NCBI GenBank assembly: GCA_002306335.1
Contig: DBRT01000015.1
Location: 9,713-54,063, forward strand
Direction: 5' to 3'
From: Bacillales bacterium UBA1361
GTDB lineage: Bacteria; Bacillota_I; Bacilli_A; RFN20; CAG-826
DNA: 44,351 nt
This document shows, piece after piece, positions 40,588 through 44,351 of the stretch. Position 1 is the first letter of the stretch, and each line of letters starts with the position of its first letter. The position numbers were made by a program, and so were the translations under genes. Below the pieces are notes generated by a model that ran no database searches, was not told where the DNA came from, and saw only the letters and a program-made list of their open reading frames with translations.

Positions 40588-41997
40588 ATGGAAGTTAGAT
40601 TAGATAATCTGTCGAAACACTTCCCTGGAGTCAAAGGCGCTCCGACAGTCAAAGCTGTTGATCAGATGAATTTTACTATTCCTGATGGAAAGCTTGTCGG
40701 CCTTTTAGGACCTTCGGGCTGTGGAAAATCAACGACACTCTACATGATCGCTGGATTACACAAACCGACCGCTGGTAAGATTTGGTTCGGTGATCGTGAT
40801 GTCACTGAGGTTCCGCCTGAAAATAGAGGGATCGGTTTAGTGTTTCAAAACTATGCGCTCTATCCGCATTTTACAGTTCGGCAAAACATTACATTCCCAC
40901 TCGAGAATGTCAGACCGAAACTAGAAAAAACCGAAATGGAGCAAGTTGCTCAAGAAGTCGCAAACTTAGTCGACATTGGTAACTTGCTCGACCGCCTACC
41001 TAAACAACTTTCGGGTGGTCAACAACAACGGGTAGCGATTGCCCGTGCGCTCTCGAAGCGGCCCCAAGTTTTATTACTTGACGAACCGCTCTCCAACCTA
41101 GACGCACGCTTACGGCTTCAAACCCGTGAAGAAATCCGGCGGATTCAACGTGATACAAAAGTTACAACAATCTTTGTTACTCACGACCAAGAAGAAGCAA
41201 TGAGTATTAGTGACTTTATCGTTGTGATGCGTCGCGGTGTTGTCCATCAAATCGATGCACCGCAAACGGTGTATGAAGAACCAGTCAACTTATTTGTTGC
41301 GAAATTCTTAGGCTCACCAGCGATTAATATTTTTGATGGTGAATTAAAGAATGGTAAAGTATTACTTCACGGCAATGTTTATCATGAAGGGCTTAAATCA
41401 AAAGGTAAATTTGATTACTTTGATGAAAGAATTTATGATATCGCTGTTGAAGGTGGTTATAACGGAACGAAAACTGATTACTTCGCTAGCTTAGGCGTTG
41501 ATTATGTTGAAGCAGAGCCAGAAGTTAAAGAAGAACCAGAAAAGAAAGCATTTAAAGAAAAAGTTAGTGATTTCTTTGCCAAATTAAATCCAAAGAAAAA
41601 ACAAAAATTTGTTCCGCGTATTATTGAAGGTGAAGTTAACCTTGAAAGCATTTATGAAGCTATCGTCGGTGGCGGCTATCGTTATGCTTACGCTGATTTT
41701 GAAGAAGAGGTTGGTAAACTCATCGTTGAAGCTGGTGCAAATCGTGATGTGAAGATTGGTGTGCGTCCTGAAGCATTCACCCTTGACAAAAATGATAATC
41801 CAGCAATTGATATTGAAGTACTTTATATTGAACATATTGGCCGCGATATTACGATCGTCGCTAATGTTGTGGGACAAAAACACCGGATTCGCGTTATTAT
41901 CCCTGCTGAAGAACGTCATAAAGTCAAAGACAAAGTAATTAAGGTATATCCAAAACGCTTCTATCTCTTTGATATTGATGGTTCACGGATTTTATAG
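40588..41997 (+). CDS. Carbohydrate ABC transporter ATPase (MalK/MsmX-like) with C-terminal insertion
   Basis: GPSGCGKST, FQNYALYPH, LSGGQQQR, LLLDEPLSNLD, VTHDQEEA. Confidence 0.93.
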   Translation: MEVRLDNLSKHFPGVKGAPTVKAVDQMNFTIPDGKLVGLLGPSGCGKSTTLYMIAGLHKPTAGKIWFGDRDVTEVPPENRGIGLVFQNYALYPHFTVRQNITFPLENVRPKLEKTEMEQVAQEVANLVDIGNLLDRLPKQLSGGQQQRVAIARALSKRPQVLLLDEPLSNLDARLRLQTREEIRRIQRDTKVTTIFVTHDQEEAMSISDFIVVMRRGVVHQIDAPQTVYEEPVNLFVAKFLGSPAINIFDGELKNGKVLLHGNVYHEGLKSKGKFDYFDERIYDIAVEGGYNGTKTDYFASLGVDYVEAEPEVKEEPEKKAFKEKVSDFFAKLNPKKKQKFVPRIIEGEVNLESIYEAIVGGGYRYAYADFEEEVGKLIVEAGANRDVKIGVRPEAFTLDKNDNPAIDIEVLYIEHIGRDITIVANVVGQKHRIRVIIPAEERHKVKDKVIKVYPKRFYLFDIDGSRIL

Positions 41998-42040
41998 GAA
42001 AACGCGATGAAAGATTCTTATTTACGAAAGGAGGTAGGCT

Positions 42041-43144
42041 ATGAGCACTAAAGCAGGAGTACTGCATCTTGAAAAAGGGCCAATGCAAACGAAAAAGACG
42101 ATTGCAATGCCAATTTGGTTAAAAGCATTAATTGCTTTATTACCTGCCCTTTTCTTCTTGCTTGTCTTTACCATTTTCCCGATTTTTAATACAGCATTTA
42201 TTGCTTTTGTTAAAGACTTTTATTTCCAAGGCGGGACCGGTAGTTTTGCACTTGCAAGTTACTTACGACAACTTGACATGCATAATAACCCTGATTGGTG
42301 GCGCGAATATTTTGCGATTATTGAACCTGATGTTCCCTTTTTACAACCGGTTAAACCAATTATTGGTTTTGCGAACTTTGAATATGTTTTAAAGGATCCG
42401 CTTTTTAGTAACGCGCTTATTAATACCGCTATTTTAACAATCATTTCCGTCCCACTGACGATTATGATTTCACTTTTACTTGCCGTATCGCTTAATTCTA
42501 TTAAGCCGTTACGCGCAACTTATCAAACAATTTTCTTCCTCCCCTATGTCACTAACGGCATTGCCTTAGGGATGGTCTTTAATACGATCTTCTCGCATGA
42601 GGTTGGGGGGATTATGAACCAATTTATCCAGTTCTTTGGCGGAAAACCAGTATCGTGGATTCGTCCGTTATGGAGTCCAGAAGGAACGATCCCGTTATCA
42701 AAATTCTCCTTAGGATTTGCGATTACTGTCCAATCAATTTGGTCAGGCTTAGCGTTTAAAATCCTTGTCTTTATGGCAGGTTTAGCAAGTATTGACAAAC
42801 AATACTATGACGCTGCGCGGATTGATGGCTCAAGTCGCAGCACAATCTTTAGACGGATTACGGTTCCACTTTTAAGTCCGCAAATCTTATATATTACGAT
42901 TACTTCATTTATCGGGGCATTTAAAGCTTATCAAAGCGTTATCTCGATTGTGGGGGGCGGACCAATTCACTTTGGGGGCGAAAACCGCACGATGTGGATT
43001 ACGGTTGTCGGGTACATTTACATGAACCGCAACGTTGAAAAGAACATTCCACTTGCCGCAGCAGGTTCTGTCGTCTTACTTATTGTAATTTTATTCATCA
43101 CGCTTATTCAGATGCAAGTCTCGAAGAAGCGGGTGCACTATTAA
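42041..43144 (+). CDS. Carbohydrate ABC transporter permease (MalF/UgpA-like)
   Basis: YYDAARIDGS EAA loop, FFLPYVT. Confidence 0.92.
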   Translation: MSTKAGVLHLEKGPMQTKKTIAMPIWLKALIALLPALFFLLVFTIFPIFNTAFIAFVKDFYFQGGTGSFALASYLRQLDMHNNPDWWREYFAIIEPDVPFLQPVKPIIGFANFEYVLKDPLFSNALINTAILTIISVPLTIMISLLLAVSLNSIKPLRATYQTIFFLPYVTNGIALGMVFNTIFSHEVGGIMNQFIQFFGGKPVSWIRPLWSPEGTIPLSKFSLGFAITVQSIWSGLAFKILVFMAGLASIDKQYYDAARIDGSSRSTIFRRITVPLLSPQILYITITSFIGAFKAYQSVISIVGGGPIHFGGENRTMWITVVGYIYMNRNVEKNIPLAAAGSVVLLIVILFITLIQMQVSKKRVHY

Positions 43145-43159
43145 TAGGAGAGTAGCGTA

Positions 43160-44218
43160 ATGACAGATAAAGATAAAAAAGTCACAGAAGCAGTCGAATT
43201 AACTGCCGAAGAAGAAGTGAAATTATCACACATTGATGACGAACGCTTTCAGCCATCCTATGAAATCGCAAAAGAATATAAAACGCGGGCGATTGTTGTT
43301 AAGATTATTACTTACACATTCTTAACGCTTTTTGCTTTCTTTATGCTTTTACCGTTCTGGTTTATGATTAGTGTTTCAGTTAAAACTCCACTTGAATATC
43401 AACGTGAAGTGTCGACTGGATTACGCTTATTTACGGCAAATCCAAGTTTTGTTAACTTTAGGATTGTCTTAGGGATGGATTTAAAAGATCCACTAAAAGA
43501 GATGAATGAAGCACTCTTACATATCGTTGAAACTTCACCAGAACGCAGTTTTATCCCGTATTTTCTTAATACGATTATCGTCGCGGTTGTCTCAACGGTC
43601 TTTACAATTGTAACAACGGTGCTTGCCTCGTTTGCGTTTGCTCGTCTTGAATTTAAAGGGAAAAACTTCTTATTTGCGATTTTACTCGCAACGATGATGA
43701 TTCCTGGCGAAATGATGCTTATTACAAATATTCAAACAGCGAAATGGTTAGGATGGGAAAACACTTATCGCGCACTTATTTTTGTCCACGGCGTTAGTGT
43801 CTTCTACATTTTCTACTTACGACAAACATTCCAGCAAATACCAAACGAATTATTCCTTGCCGCGAAAGTTGACGGCTATGGTGAATTTAGCTACTTATGG
43901 CGCGTGATGATTCCAATTGGCATGCCGACAATCGTTACGATTATTATTCTCAACGTTATGGGTAGCTGGAACGCCTTTATTTGGCCAACACTTATTGCGC
44001 AAGGCTATAACCCCACTATTCAGAAATTATTTAAATATAACCATACGATGCGACTTGTTAGTAACGGGTTAATGTCGACATTTACTGGTCAATTCGCTAG
44101 TTACGACACCGTTAAAATTGCCGCATCGATGATTGTTACTGCTCCGTTACTGCTCGTCTTTGTGTTCTTCCGTAAATACATTATGAGCGGTGTCTCCCGC
44201 AGTGGTATTAAAGGTTAG
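43160..44218 (+). CDS. Carbohydrate ABC transporter permease (MalG/UgpE-like)
   Basis: FAFARLEFKGK, TMMIPGE, LAAKVDG, WNAFIWP. Confidence 0.92.
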   Translation: MTDKDKKVTEAVELTAEEEVKLSHIDDERFQPSYEIAKEYKTRAIVVKIITYTFLTLFAFFMLLPFWFMISVSVKTPLEYQREVSTGLRLFTANPSFVNFRIVLGMDLKDPLKEMNEALLHIVETSPERSFIPYFLNTIIVAVVSTVFTIVTTVLASFAFARLEFKGKNFLFAILLATMMIPGEMMLITNIQTAKWLGWENTYRALIFVHGVSVFYIFYLRQTFQQIPNELFLAAKVDGYGEFSYLWRVMIPIGMPTIVTIIILNVMGSWNAFIWPTLIAQGYNPTIQKLFKYNHTMRLVSNGLMSTFTGQFASYDTVKIAASMIVTAPLLLVFVFFRKYIMSGVSRSGIKG

Positions 44219-44262
44219 TAATTACTAATCGTTATTATATAAACAAGAAAGGAAAGAGAGAT

Positions 44263-44351
44263 ATGAAATTTAGAAAACTCATATTTACAGCGGTATCGGT
44301 CTTAGCTTTAACAACGCTTGCTGGTTGTTTACGCCCACCGATGCCACCAAC
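44263..44351 (+). CDS. Lipoprotein, probably the solute-binding protein (3'-truncated)
   Basis: MKFRKLIFTAVSVLALTTLAGC lipobox; SD AAGGA; follows the permeases. Confidence 0.75.
   Translation, partial: MKFRKLIFTAVSVLALTTLAGCLRPPMPP

Noticed and set aside
992-42798. Numerous minus-strand and alternate-frame ORFs of 60-134 aa in the ORF track
   Set aside because: They overlap well-supported + strand genes, lack SD sites and recognisable motifs, and look like codon-bias shadows.

Overview
Core-genome window from a low-GC Bacilli/Mollicutes-related bacterium; the lineage call is inferred from the Mollicute-like L11 and RpoB variants and the loss of L30. Every credible gene is on the + strand. 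Order: distal spc operon and alpha operon (rplE..rplQ, no rpmD); membrane protein, HAD, cysS, rlmB, sigH-like; an inserted Fic gene; rpmG-secE-nusG; rplK-rplA-rplJ-rplL with L1 and L10 leaders; ybxB/rsmC; rpoB-rpoC. An ~8.3 kb accessory block then separates rpoC from rpsL. It holds three tandem M6-family metalloprotease lipoproteins, a LacI regulator, a broken chimeric sugar-binding/CBM26/membrane-anchor gene with an in-frame TGA exactly at its lipobox Cys, and a Phd-Doc pair whose toxin is frameshifted. The window ends with rpsL-rpsG-fusA-tuf, two RDD-like proteins and a carbohydrate ABC transporter whose ATPase carries an odd repeat insertion. No CRISPR array, rRNA, tRNA or transposase was seen. 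I found no unambiguous new multi-gene system. The best leads are (i) near-total avoidance of TGA together with heavy TAG use (possible RF2 loss or recoding intermediate), (ii) the chimeric gene, (iii) the M6 protease triplet and (iv) several remodelled ribosomal proteins.
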